DNA of 62,632 bases, filler included, from Nemertoderma westbladi (GCA_032718475.1; 4 parts of 4 records of this genome joined end to end with filler, not necessarily neighbours in it), one strand, 5' to 3'. Counted from the whole stretch's first letter, positions 13,984 through 27,076 are shown. Program-made: numbers and translations. Notes: generated from the letters alone by a model not told the origin.

Positions 13984-15396
13984 TTATATATATAAATACG
14001 TAACTACAGTAAGATGAAATGTCCGTACTTATTAAAGTACAATAAAGCCACTACTATATTTAAGTATTATTGGTAGGCAGAGTATTAGGAATGCAAAGTT
14101 CAGATCCTCGTGTCTCGGCTAAACCAAGCTCTGGGTAGACCTTGGAAACGACTTGCCTCTTCACACTGACATTGCTTCGTGCGATATTGCTCTCATACCG
14201 TATATTAAATAATACATATAGTAGCGTGAGGTCCCTTTAACAGTAGCGTATAACGCAAAATAAATCTGTTAAACCCTTTGACCATCTGTAATTCTAGTCG
14301 ATTAAGATATCGCGGCACCCACCGATATACTTGAAAGACAAATTCTAGAATCAGTGGTTAACGTCCCCAGACAAGTTCTGGAATAAATCGGTGCCCATCT
14401 CAAATATTAATTAATTAATATTTGCAAATCTAATAAATCAAAATCTGTAAAATTCAGATCCTGCAATAATTCTAGTCAATTAAGATATCGTAGCATTTAC
14501 CGATATTCTTAAAAAGACAATTGTCATAGAATTAAGGATCTTGTGTCCCTAGACATGTTCTAGAATCAAAATATGTCCATTTAATTATCAAATAATAAAA
14601 TTTCAGGGAATAAATTTAAATTCATGCCTTTTAATGAATTTAATAAATTGCCATTTTTACGCAATTTATAAAGTTCCCAAAATTCCATTAATTAATAGAT
14701 CAAGGGAGCGGAGATTTATCTTATCATGCGTATGAGAGTGTGAAAGTCTCCCAAACATAGTCAATAGCCGATAAAATTCATAAAGTCATGTATAAAACAG
14801 AACATTGACTATTAAAGAATACTATTAAATAACATCCCAGATCTGTATGCATTGGAATTACCCTAATTCTACCGCTAGCTTTGCATAATGTCACCATAGC
14901 AACAACCACGCTAGAATTAGAATTGAGTTAAAAGAACAATAGAAAGCTTGTCCCATTGAATAGCATAGGGAATAAATAGCGCACTACTAGTATCCAAGGA
15001 TACATACTAATACAGTGACATTCTGGAAGGCATTGACTAACGGACAAATGGCCCGAATGTGTGTAATTTGTGACAAGTTGTGTGTGTGGTATTTGTGAGT
15101 TTATAGGTGAATGTTACTGCTAAGGTGTGTTTACAGTAGCCAGTCGCAATCGTAAAAGTAACCTAACTCTCCAAGGAAAACCTGAAGTACATCTAAGCCT
15201 TTGGGACGGACAGTCGAGTGACTTGTGCCGGTTGTCGTTGTCGTTGTGCGGCTACGTCGTTGGCGAAAGTACAGCGGCGACGACACATCGGCGCTGAGGA
15301 TCTCGTACTGTCCGGGGGTTAATTGGAGTAGGCAGCGACGCTCGCTAGCCTAAATATAAACTCCTTATAATATGGATAAACTCATATATAGCAGAT

Positions 15397-16092
15397 ATGA
15401 CGGAGTTGATAGAAGATGGTCTTGGTATCGGGGAGCGATATACTCTACTTTTACAAGCGTTTGTTGATAGCTTAATACGCGGCGACGTTGGTCCAACTGC
15501 TGCGGAGGACGATGGTCGTTATATCGAACCGACAATGTCCCAAGTGCAGCTCTCGCGAGAGTTGGACTATAGAAAATTCGCTGCTCGATATACGCAGCGT
15601 AATGGTACGTATATGGGCTTCTTAACTACTGGTCATCCTATCGATTTACACGATACGGACAATGTCGACACCAAAAGGGAAATGGTACGATTGAAATATC
15701 CTACCCAGCGGAGGCGGAACGATAAACCAAGAATGGAACACGAGAATTCTATTCGAAACAGACTCGAAAGAGAAGACGTTGAGGAGCCGGATAAACGCAG
15801 CGACTTCAACGATTATCTGGAATTCCTGATAGAAACATATCTCAATATTGCCAGTCAACAAAATCTAGAAACTCGATATCCTCAAGGTATACATCATGAC
15901 CGCATGGTAGAACTCAAACGGCTCGATTCCCCTATGATGTATCTTACCGCCGATCGACCGCTACCTGTTGTACCGAATAGCTTCGAACGGATGGAGGAAT
16001 ATTGTAAGCTGGAGAAAGATCACTCGCGTTTCCCCTACAAGACGTACGTTTTTGGGTATTATTACGGTAAATGCCCTAGACCCAGCCAATAA
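15397..16092 (+). CDS. Orphan 231-aa ORF, unknown function (probably part of an unclassified mobile or viral element)
   Basis: Uninterrupted 696-nt ATG-initiated ORF with globular-looking composition in a CpG-rich patch. No family recognised. Confidence 0.45.
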   Translation: MTELIEDGLGIGERYTLLLQAFVDSLIRGDVGPTAAEDDGRYIEPTMSQVQLSRELDYRKFAARYTQRNGTYMGFLTTGHPIDLHDTDNVDTKREMVRLKYPTQRRRNDKPRMEHENSIRNRLEREDVEEPDKRSDFNDYLEFLIETYLNIASQQNLETRYPQGIHHDRMVELKRLDSPMMYLTADRPLPVVPNSFERMEEYCKLEKDHSRFPYKTYVFGYYYGKCPRPSQ

Positions 16093-17487
16093 ACGGAAAG
16101 ACATAAACATCCACGGAAACGTTGTGTTAAACACAGTTGTGTTCGTTATATTTACTGGAGTTTCGAGCGAAACTTGTTTGACGTATCACCTATGCTCACT
16201 CGGCTCTAACGATCCTAGAGTAAACCTACGATCAGAGTCCCGGAATACTCGGTCAAACCTCCTCATTCCTTAGTTGGACCTCAGACCTGCGATCCTGGTG
16301 GTGTCGCGGATCCTCGCGGACAGTATTCACTGTTCAAGATCTAGTGCTACCCTAACAATTAATCGGTAACACTCCGACAGTGATTTCTAGCTAGCCGCCC
16401 ATCTTACCTAGCTGGATTATGACGCAGACACCTAATATCACTATCCAACCGTATGGTCGTCCCGTTTAACGCGATACAACCCTTCATCAAGGTGAAGGAG
16501 AGCGTTGTACGAAACGAGGTAAACGCTATTCTATAAAGATCAAAAAGAAACCTGCGTTTGTTCAGATAAACGTAAGTTACAACAGTAAGTCCAATCGATA
16601 AACAAATTGGCCTTCTCTCAGTTCGATTGGGAAACCTCGAATCTCAAAGAAGATATCAAGCTTAGAAAACCCTATTCTCTGCGAGAGTTTTGGACGAACG
16701 TATTCCATGACAAGCGGAGGAAAATCAGCTCGAGGAGAAGCATATCGAAACGGCAGATACCTCGACCATAAACCTACACCTTCTGATGCAATCATATTGC
16801 ACCCTTCACCCAGGAGTTATGGCCCTCCTAGTAAAGTGGCTCCCCCCAAAGAGAAAAAGACTCTTGCTAGCCTCAAAAAACTGCGTAAACGCCGTCTGCG
16901 TAAGAAAGACTAACTGTTTAGAGTATCTTTATGTTTTAGAAACTGTGATTTTTATATTTTATAGACTGAAAATCCCATTTTCTGGGAGCGGTGTAAAAGC
17001 TTTTGCTGAATTGTCCGGTTACTTTTCCTTATTTTTCCCGTAAAATACTCTGTAGTTGGTTTACCAGGCATAAAAAGGCCGTGTCCTTGCTGTACTGGTG
17101 TTTTAGCGGACATAAAAGCTATTTCTTCTGTATTTGTACTTTAGAGGACATAATCCGTAATTCCGTGACGTAAAAGCTCGATACTCTTGAAAACAGTGTC
17201 GCTACCATGACGACGGCTAGCAGCTGATATTGCCACGTCGACGTTTCTTTGTTTCTTTGTTCTCTCGTTGTTCAGGTTGACCAATCAGAGCGTTTGTTGT
17301 CTCTGTGTTGGAGGTATATACAGAAACTCAGTAGTTCAGTGTTATGTTTTTGCCCAGAGCCTAAGAACCGGCTTTTGGCACCTCCGTGTTTTCAGTTTTT
17401 AGTCTTACACTAGTAGGTTTAATTATAAGGACATATATCCTTTAACGCACCTAACGACTACTGCTAACTGATCATACATACTGACTG

Positions 17488-18374
17488 CTGAAACATTGCA
17501 AACTCATAACAATCAGTGTTTTCATTGTTGTTTTATACTGCTATTTACTGTCAGTTCTTCATAATATGGTTGATGAATTATTATATTTGGAATAACGATA
17601 AATAACCCCGAAACCCAATATTCTTGATATACCGAAGGTAAGAGAGAAAGGTTACCAATAACGATTGTGACTTAAGACCTTTGGCAGTTTAACCCACCAA
17701 ATTAAGATGTCTTCTAGATATTAAATCAGTTTTTAGTCTATGACAAGTATTTGATTCACTACACTAGTCGAAACCAATCCGTGCGCGACCATTCACCCGC
17801 TGGATATTCCCGGGAGATTGGGTTCGACGGTTTAATTTTATTGCTATGTAAGCCTAATGTATTATTCGACTGACAGTATTATATAATCTCTGACAATATT
17901 ATTCACCTTCGGGAATATTAACAGTTCCTTTAGGACGTGGCGCTTTATCTATATAAACAGAGTTATGACTTAAACTACTCACAACGATATGGCTTAATTA
18001 TAATTCACATATATGGCGCATTCTTTAGGAATTGCTTCTTTAACAGACTCACTCATACACAATGCTGCACAATACTGCACACTAATCTGCCAATCTTCAC
18101 TGATTTTAGTCACATATAAAAGGAACACAGGCTGACTCATGTAGGGTCTATCAAATAACATTAGATTCACTTCAAACCACTTTAACATAAGTCACAATCG
18201 TTTATTGGTAACCTTTCTCTCTTACCTTCGGTATATCAAGAATATTGGGTTTCGGGGTTATTTATCGTTATTCCAAATATAATAATTCATCAACCATATT
18301 ATGAAGAACTGACAGTAAATAGCAGTATAAAACAACAACTGAACACTGATTGTTATGAGTTTGCAATGTTTCAG
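17488..18374. repeat. Near-perfect inverted repeat, arms 17488-17674 and 18188-18374 (right arm runs into gap)
   Basis: ctgaaacattgcaaactcataac...gattgtgactta is the reverse complement of taagtcacaatc...gttatgagtttgcaatgtttcag. Confidence 0.9.
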
Positions 18375-18474
18375 NNNNNNNNNNNNNNNNNNNNNNNNNN
18401 NNNNNNNNNNNNNNNNNNTTAATTAATTAANNNNNNNNNNNNNNNNNNNNNNNNNNNNNNNNNNNNNNNNNNNN
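18375..18474. other. Assembly gap with TTAATTAATTAA linker
   Basis: N-run, 12-nt linker, N-run. Identical construct at the two other gaps. Confidence 0.98.
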
Positions 18475-19716
18475 AGCCGGTCTCTCTAACCTGTAGTGTT
18501 ATCAAGAAAATTGGGAATTGGGTGATTTATCCGTATTATCCAAATAGCGATATTTCCATCAACAAATATTTACAATTAATAACTGACGGTAAAATAACAG
18601 TACAAACAATATGATTAATGAGTTAGAAGTATCAAGGTGAGATGAGTGATTTAAGTCAGTGAGTTCGTTTCGTTAGGTAACAGTTTATACTTTCGATAAT
18701 TCAAGCAGTTTACGGTACAGCAGTATCTGATTGGCCCAAGCCAAACAAAGAACCACGCGGCCAATGGCTGTTTCCATGTCAGCAACCAGCTGCTAGATGT
18801 CGTAATATGAATCATCACGGCTAAACTGTGAAAGGTGGTTGATGCATTACAAGTTTTTTGTCTTACCATGTCCGCTAAAACACGTATATAGCAGAATGAT
18901 TTTTATGTCCGTTAAAACACCTGTAAAGGTACCTTGCGGGCGAGGGGAATATATATACAGTTAGAAAACCTTTTTAGAGTATTCCAGCGCCTGGGGGGAA
19001 CTGGCCAGCATAGGCAAACGTATCAGTTATCCCACAAAAGCTTTTACAGATGGTGCGGCCATAGTAGCAAAGTTTGCAATAGATATTCAACATAAACTAA
19101 GAGAACACCTGTTTGACAGCACTAAATTTCTTATGTCTCCCGTCAACAGCGCCTCTCTGCATCTCGGGTCACGATCATCATCACTTGAAATGGCACACGA
19201 CATTATTGAGCTCTACAAATGCAAATATGAAAAGAACTTTACGGAAAACTGCAAAAAAAAAGGCTAAACCATGTCAATACACCACACACTACCGGTGACC
19301 TTAAAGCAGACTTTGACCACCTCAGGAATGATATGATAAATACTATATCTGTTTTACAGACAAGACTTTGCAAATCCGAGGCTAACTATGCCAACCTAAC
19401 TACACACTTCCAAAATCTAGAGGACGAATTACAGCACGAGCGGCATGTACATCTATTTTTTAGCATATTGCTACAAAATGCAGCAATATCAGACCACAGT
19501 GAAAGATGTCAGCAACAAATCGACAGCGACCACAACTACCTTCCTAGACGACAACGAACTCAGTAATACTTGGCTAGTAATAGACGAATGTTCCCAAACT
19601 CCAAACTCATACAATGTGGGGACAGAGACACATAGTAACTCCAACAGCAACCATCCATCAGAAGATGTGACGCAATGCAACCCTACTAACCACCGCCAAT
19701 CCAAGGACAAGGCCCA

Positions 19717-21937
19717 AAATCGCAGCGACTCAAATGTAGCTGATAAATGTGGCATTAATTTTTGCAATGAAACTCCAGTAATTGTCTGATTGATTGACAT
19801 GGGTTAACCTTACATGGCTCGAAGTGTAAATGCCTTACAGTCTTGTATAGAGCTCCTGTATTTCCTACGAAACAGAATATATGGGTATATGGGTCAAGGA
19901 AAGGTGGGTTTGGCTCCAGAGAAAGTAGATCAACCAATGGTGGTGCGGTTTACCATCAATTAATGCGCATCCATTGGCTAGGCCAAAGTAGGTAGGAATG
20001 TATCCCAAGTAATTATAATATAACCGTTACCTATATTGATTGTGGCTCAGTTGGCTAGTATAGAGTGTAGAAGTCAGACGGTTTTCAACCGTCGCCAGTA
20101 CTGCTATTATTGTGCTGTATTACCGGTACAGTAGTTATACATGCATCTGACATTATATCAACATTCAGTCATTAACTCATTTATTCTACCGGCCTTTGGC
20201 CTTTCAGCCCCAAAGCCTTCAGTCACACTAGCACGCGGCGACGCGTATCTAAACCACGACAAAACCCGGTCGGGAATCCCTCGCCAACTCGGGGATCCCG
20301 TCACAGCAGTTACCCCCATGTGAAGAATACCAGGTTTTCACCAAAAACACAGGTTAGGTTACAGAAGGGCTGAATCTAACCAAAACAATAAACGAATTAG
20401 TATATGTGCAGGTTATGAGACAGAAATAAGCACTATAAAACACTTAATAAATATAAATTAAAAAAAAATAAAAAATCTTCGTATATAAAATTCCAATAAA
20501 AAGTCGACCGAAAAGTGAAATCCTGGTATTCTTCACATGGGCACACTTCATGGCCTTTTTATTAATTAATTTGTAACGAAACAACAGAAATACTTTTAAT
20601 TAACCCGAATTAATAACTTAATCCGATATATAATATAATAACTTAATTGCTATTCTGTTTCTAAAAGTCATTAAAAACTCAATATTTTAATCTGGAATGC
20701 AATACCTAGAAATCAAAAACTTTGTTTTTTAAATATGATTTTAGAATTTTTACTGTTGTTTTATTTAAGTACGATCTAGAAAGATGTTTAATGTTTTTAT
20801 ATCCGCTGTTTTTATTTAGATCGCGCCTTGAACAAAAACTCCGATAAAGCGCCATACAAATATAATATATTATTTTTATTAAAATACGGAAAATACGGTA
20901 AGATAAAGTACAATTCACTTTCGCTATAATTGAAGTTTCAGCACAATTTCAGTTTCATTTGCATTGCCCCCCAAATTTCAAGAAGGAATCTTTTTTTCAA
21001 AGATGTAAATCGTACCAACAGCGTCATAATGTAACCAACTTCAATATCATAAACTCCATCTCCACAAATATGTCTCCATCTCCACCAATAAGTCTCTATC
21101 TACCACCAATCAATATCTTCGGTTTCTTCTGCATTGCCTCATCAAAGGATTTCTAATAGGCAGGGCTGCCTTAAATTAAAATTAATTAGGCCTAATAGAA
21201 ATTCATATTGCTTGATACATATATAATTTAATCTACTAAACTAATCAAAAAATGGCTTGAAAATAACATTCAATTAAAAATAAATATGTGGGCCATTAAA
21301 AACTAATGTAATGTGTTAACACTAAGCTCATATTCTTCCATATGTTTCAGTTAGATTGGCAATTTTTGGTAGTTAATCAGTGCATATGAATATATCGCGT
21401 GAGTATGTCCAAAATGGTCCAAAAAAGTGTCCCATACTTGGTAGGTTTTTTATCAGAAAATGCGAACTGATACAGATTTAGATGGTCACATCCATTTCTT
21501 ATATAGTTTTTTTGTCATATGGGTTGTATCAGTGAGACTGCTAGGTCAAAATCTACAGTATGTGGCCAAGTTGATAAAACTGCCAAGTCACATAACGTGA
21601 TGGACGTCCCATACTTGACATTGTGTTGGGAGCAGAAGTTTATCATTATCATGGTCTACGTTTGTTTCTCTCACTCAATAACGGCCGATAAATTTTTGGT
21701 GCACTTTTTGGTTTCACATGCAGAAATCATCGCTCTTTCTAACCATCACTATGGCGAATTCTCAAAGTTAATTTCAAAATTTAACAAATCTCAAATATCA
21801 CGTACGGACTTTGGTCAATATGGTTGGAATTAACCCATGTATTGAATTTGGTCTAGTCAATCAATCAGACAATTACTGGAGTTTCATTGCAAAAATTAAT
21901 GCCACATTTATCAGCTACATTTGAGTCGCTGCGATTT
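19717..21937. mobile_element. Non-autonomous TIR element, ~90-bp inverted ends (19717-19810 / 21831-21937)
   Basis: aaatcgcagcgactcaaatgtagctgataaatgtggcattaatttttgcaatgaaactccagtaattgtctgattgattgac is present in exact reverse complement at about 21856-21937. No TSD found. Confidence 0.75.
20315..20541. mobile_element. MITE with CCC...GGG termini (nested in 19717-21937)
   Basis: 20-bp TIR cccatgtgaagaataccagg / cctggtattcttcacatggg. Second copy at 32859-33062. Confidence 0.8.
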
Positions 21938-22334
21938 GTTTTTTAATTAACATTTAGTTCGGGATTATATTTTAATTATTACAGAAGTAAACTGGATGGA
22001 TAAATCGATTTTCTGCCGTATTGCCTGACAAATGATTTATATTTTCACTATTATCGGGATATTTTATTTACCGAGAATGGCAAGGTTAATAAAAGATCAG
22101 GAGCTTGGCGAATATGTGCATCACGTTATAAGCCTAAATTGAATAATAAAAATTAATAAAGTGATAAAACATTTTTAATGTCCATGAGAAATAACTGAAA
22201 TATGATAACCCGAGGATATTTAACAACTAATATTTCAAGTAGGTCACAAATAATGTCATACCTTTCACTTTTGGATAATTCATAAATAAATTATTGTTTT
22301 GACGATAATTAAAATATAAATATTTACGAAATCT

Positions 22335-22741
22335 CAGTGCCGGATTAAAGGGTTTTTGAAGAGCATAATAACTATAATGGCGACTGATAACATTTCTAAA
22401 TGTTTACTGTTGGCCTACTGTTGTTTTCATTATAATTAATTATCCAAAATTATAATTAATTACTAATAAATAGGCAGGGGCAGCTATATTAATTTAATTA
22501 CAAAATATTGGATGAGACGATTGGAATGCTATATTTTCCTTGAAATTAATAATATTATCATAATTATTTAACTCTCAAAATTAAAGAGGTAAAAAATATG
22601 GATTTTTTCATATATTTTTACATATACATATTGGATTTTTTCCTAAAAAAAAAGGTAAACAATAAGATCAAATTTGTTGACCTACATTTAACACAAGTGC
22701 GTGCTTCAATTGACTACCCGCAGCCCCTTAATCCGGCACTG
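22335..22741. mobile_element. hAT-like MITE just downstream of the M6PR-like stop codon
   Basis: TIR cagtgccggattaa / ttaatccggcactg. TSD not preserved. Confidence 0.65.
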
Positions 22742-22831
22742 TAACTCCCTATGATTTGATCTCGTTTTTGGTGTTAGAGTTGCTGAAATTTAACACTACA
22801 TCATCATCAGTCTGTTGCTACTCTCCATAAC

Positions 22832-23590
22832 TTACAGCTTATCGTACTCCGAGCGTCCCCTGCAACACGTGTACTTCCCAACAAACAACCCACCGTCTCT
22901 AACTAAAAAAGGAAAATCGGACCAAAAACTTCGGTTAGGAATAACATCAACTCCTTCGGCTTTCTTAACAAACTTCATCACCACAATCCCGACGACGATA
23001 TAGAGAATAACGACAACTATAAGACTTATACAGAGTGCTGAACCTATAGACAAGCCACCGCTGACGGGGTTGCCTCCATCTGTACAGTCTTTAGCCCCTA
23101 GACAGGCGCATTGATGCTTCAACTCCAATGAGTATTGTCCTGGTTGCTGCTCGCTAGCAGTGAAAACAGGTTCCGTAGAGTCAACGCACGTTAGCAACAA
23201 CACGGTTGCTATGGACGCGTCTTCATTAAAGTAAACAATTTGTACACCGGTACCAGGTGTGTAAACGAAAGTCGCTTTCTTTTGTATACCTATTACAGTG
23301 CATCCACTTGTTGAAGATGTTTTGGTTCTAGAAGCAGCTATGTCGCCGCCAGTGCACCCGTTACCTGGGGTGAATGGCTGACAGGGGTTGTAGTCGTAAT
23401 TGAAACTCCCGTCACTGTCCTCGCTGGTGTAACTAAAACGTGGGCCATCTGATCTTGCTAGAGGATGTAAGCTGTATTCCCCGCTACCGTCGGTCATTTT
23501 ACAAGAGCATTCATCGATTTTTGTGCAATCTAGTGTCACAGACCCAACAACACCAACAACTAAAAGGGAAATTCCGCGCAAAAATAGCAT
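22832..23590 (-). CDS. Cation-dependent mannose-6-phosphate receptor / ATG27-like type I membrane protein, intronless CDS, 252 aa
   Basis: Signal peptide, MRH-domain pattern (YSLHPL, YDYNPC, LTC, LKHQCAC), GGLSIGS plus TM helix, EGVDVIPNRSFWSDFPFLVRDG cytosolic motif, C-terminal YDKL (YxxPhi). Confidence 0.88.
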   Translation of the reverse strand: MLFLRGISLLVVGVVGSVTLDCTKIDECSCKMTDGSGEYSLHPLARSDGPRFSYTSEDSDGSFNYDYNPCQPFTPGNGCTGGDIAASRTKTSSTSGCTVIGIQKKATFVYTPGTGVQIVYFNEDASIATVLLLTCVDSTEPVFTASEQQPGQYSLELKHQCACLGAKDCTDGGNPVSGGLSIGSALCISLIVVVILYIVVGIVVMKFVKKAEGVDVIPNRSFWSDFPFLVRDGGLFVGKYTCCRGRSEYDKL

Positions 23591-24018
23591 TGTCTGTTGC
23601 AGTTGTAGTTTACATGAGTTTCAAAAATTTATAAGCAGAATAATAAAGTGATTGTGAGATTATTTATTTAATACTACTTTATTAGCATTTTAATTATTTA
23701 TTGCTACCAAAGTCCGCCCAAACGAGAAACGGAATTGTTAGTTTAGATTAACCTCAGTTGATAATATTATTATCAATAATCGTAATCAGGTGAGTTTCGA
23801 AGTAATAAAATAGATCTCAGGAAAGGAAATGAAAAGTTAAGGTGTTTTTATGTTAACGTACTGTAGGTAGGCTAGCTAGTCTATTTCATATAGGCATAAA
23901 TAATAATTTAATAATAATAATAAAGTATTTATATAGCGCTAAATTTACGTTTATAGTACTCTAAGACTAAGTACCTGTACATAAAATTTAATATTAAAAG
24001 TGGTATACAGTAAGTATC

Positions 24019-25022
24019 TATGGTGGCCCTGAGCGGCCAATTTTTGTAATCTTTTTTTTGTTCCCCCGACTTTTACAAACTCGTTCGAACGACTTTACAA
24101 AACTCGGAAAAACAAATCTAATTGGATGGAGTGGTTTCTATACCAACTAACAAACACCTGATCAAGTTTGTTTCCCCGACCTTTGCAGGTAATTGTCTTA
24201 TAGAGGCCCTGGTTGGCTGATAAAAGGAAAGTGATCGGCAAACATGTGAAACACGAAACACCGAACGCAACCCAAAGGCCCTCCTTTCTCTGTCTTGGCA
24301 GTAACCTATAAGGCAGGGAAGGCGACACAATAAATCCCAAGGTTGAACACACCGTAAACATACAACCCTTTATCTTTACTCCCCGAACATAAGCTAGGTA
24401 TCCATATCGCTGTGTTGGCGCACGAGTTACGATATTATTGTAACTAGCTCGACATGGTATCGAACCCGAGACCTCCTAGCAAGTAGTAAAGCGGGTAACC
24501 ACTCTTCCACCAAGTTGGCACTTAAGTACAATTGTTATCAGTTATACTGTACCTAATAGCATCTGTAGATTGTCATGGTTTGGGAATAGGACATGAGGGA
24601 ACCAGGTGTCTTTATTTTTTTTGCTTTTATTTATCTTTTAGTGGGAGCGGAAAATATCAAACCAATAAAATATGTAATATTGGATACCGATTCGATAAAA
24701 AAAAAGGTTATCAAAGGGACTGTAGCTTCAGTCTGATTGGCTAAATTATGGAAACAAACTTGATTGAATGTCAGTTCATATAGAAACCACTCCAGCCAAT
24801 TAGATATGTTTCCTCGGGTTTTGTAAAGACGTTCGAACGAGTTTGCAAAAGTCGGGGGGACAAACTTGATTGAGTGTTTGTTGGTATAGAAACCACTCTA
24901 GCCAATTAGATTTGTTTCCCCGAGTTTTGTAAAGTCGTTCGAACGAATTTGCAAAATTTTATTTTTTTAAATTTAAAAATGTATTACAAAACTTACAAAA
25001 CTGGCCGCTCAGGGCTACCATA
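24019..25022. mobile_element. Non-autonomous DNA transposon with TATGG...CCATA ends and 6-bp TSD (IS3EU-like)
   Basis: TIR tatggtggccctgagcggcca / tggccgctcagggctaccata. TSD agtatc at 24013-24018 and 25023-25028. Long subterminal inverted repeats (24060-24180 vs 24755-24955). Confidence 0.8.
24200..24520 (-). mobile_element. tRNA-derived SINE nested in the IS3EU-like element
   Basis: Minus strand shows tggtggaagagtggtt (A box) and gggttcgatacc (B box). The 3' boundary is approximate. Confidence 0.55.
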
Positions 25023-26807
25023 AGTATCAGTTAGTTTCAAAATATTTCAAAAGAATATAATTTATTTTATTAAAATTTCAGTTTCATCATCATTCAATTT
25101 TAGTTTATTTGCAAGTAGCCATTTTATAACTGCAGTAAAAGCCTTTTGAATCTCTGGTTCAGCCTTTACATCATTTTTTTTGATACTTGCAAGAAAAGAG
25201 AAGTACACTTGGTGATCATCGGCCGGCATGACTATGTGCAGACTACAGCCCTGCGGGAAACCATAATCGAGATTTTTGTTCGCTGAACTTTAACTTAATA
25301 TTCGAACATGATCACATCTATTCGTGAGTAAGAGGATTTGAACCAATTCAGGCACGAACCGCAGACACCCCTATTGTACTGTAGGCGAACAACTTCACCA
25401 TTCTTTCCTGATCTATGGTGTCACAGGCTCACTCATATCTAGCTTCACCAGCAGTGTAACTTCACCATCATCCATTTTTGATAATATATCCGATTTTAAT
25501 TTTAGTACAGTAGTGCAGTTTCAGTACTATGAAAACGGCGGTAAGCTGATCGGTTTGGTGTAATGGGTTGTTATTTTCAATCTGCGGTATAAATTATTGT
25601 TTCATTGCAGCTTGCTTAGTGAGCTTGCCAACACAGGGCAGACCACTAATCGGGCGATAGTTTAGGAGAATCTTTCCATCGAGAGGACATTTCTTTGTAA
25701 TCGTGGAGATCGCAGAATACTTCCAAAGTCTAGAAAAGACCCTATTTGTAAGGAATTGTTTACCGTAGTGTCGGTAATCGCTGGCAGTAGGCCTATCCCA
25801 CTGAGAAAACTCTTGACTAGAAATGTTAGTTTTTCGATATCAGTCTCTTCAAGCGTATCGAAATTAGACAAATTGAGTTTAGCACTACAGGCAAGTTCGT
25901 CATCCTCAACCTCTGAGTCTGTATTGGTTGATTCCTTATCAAATTCATCACGTATTAATTTTATTATTGAATGGAAAAAATTGCTAAGCATTTCATTAAG
26001 TTCCATATTTGAACTGTGGGGAGGATATTCTATATTAGGTGGTTGTTGGGACAGACTTTTACCAAAGTGAAAAACTTTCTTTGGTCACCATTGCAGCCTA
26101 CAATAGAACTCAGCCCTTGATTTAGATAGAATTAGTGAATATTTGTAGCGAATACTTGTTGCGAATCAGTTTATAGTTTTACAGGACTCGATTTAATCTT
26201 GTCCTTCTCCCCAAACGTTCCAAGTTTCTTAAATTTCCTTGTATTTTCTGATACCGATATATCCTGATACGAGTGATACGGCAGCAAAAACTAAAGAGAA
26301 TTACGGTATGTGAATTTGAGACAAGGGACAATCTTATTGACACAAATCCAATCTCAGCGAATGAATATCTCGTCTTGTCGCAGTGAGTTAACAATGTAAA
26401 TCAATTGAAGGAAAAGAGCAGGCTGCAGATGCACAAAAACAATACACCAGAGTCAATACAGTAGCACTGATTATGGTTTCACCTTTGCATCGTGAATCAG
26501 GTGATATTTGCGCCTATCCTCAGAGAGGAATAATGCATTGTGATTTTTGAGAGACCCCTCCCCACATCTAGGGACTTTCCAACTTAAACAACAATTCAAA
26601 TTATACCAATTTATATAAATGTTTATATTTTTATTAAACATATTGAAATATACATTTATTTACCATACATATATTCTGTAGGATAACTTTATATTGACAT
26701 ATATAGATGGCCATCAATAAATATATCATTATTATTATTATACCTTATAAAGGCTATTTCGAATTTAATTTGTACCATATATATAGACCTTTCGGTAATC
26801 TGTTGCC

Positions 26808-27076
26808 TTAGTTACCAGTTAGGATATTTCTTAGATATGAGGCTAACACACCAGTTGCTAAGGAACTGATGTGTGAGTGACAATTTTCTCCGAACTGCGT
26901 ATCATATCTACGAACTCTTTTATGGGCTCCGTCGTTATTGGTCGGCGAACTCGTCACTGGATGCTCATTGGCTGCCCTCTCTCCGTAGCAACCTTCGGGA
27001 CGTTGCCAAGTTAATATTTGGTTCAGCCAATCACGATGTAGGAATTGTTTGTATCCAATTAAATTGCATGTAAATA
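26808..27076 (-). CDS. C16orf89: UPF0764/C16orf89-like secreted protein, exon 6 of 6 (terminal)
   Basis: Acceptor ttttgcag, phase 1. IFTCNLIGYKQFLHRDWLNQILTWQRPEGCYG...RVRR...CHSHISSLATGVL matches the family C-terminus. Ends in TAA. Confidence 0.88.

Noticed and set aside
17465-17500. Hammerhead ribozyme core (ctgatca...gaaac) suggesting a Penelope-like repeat
   Set aside because: The core deviates from CUGANGA and I could not find the required flanking stems.
18375-18474. TTAATTAATTAA palindrome recurring three times
   Set aside because: Artificial scaffold linker centred in N-runs.
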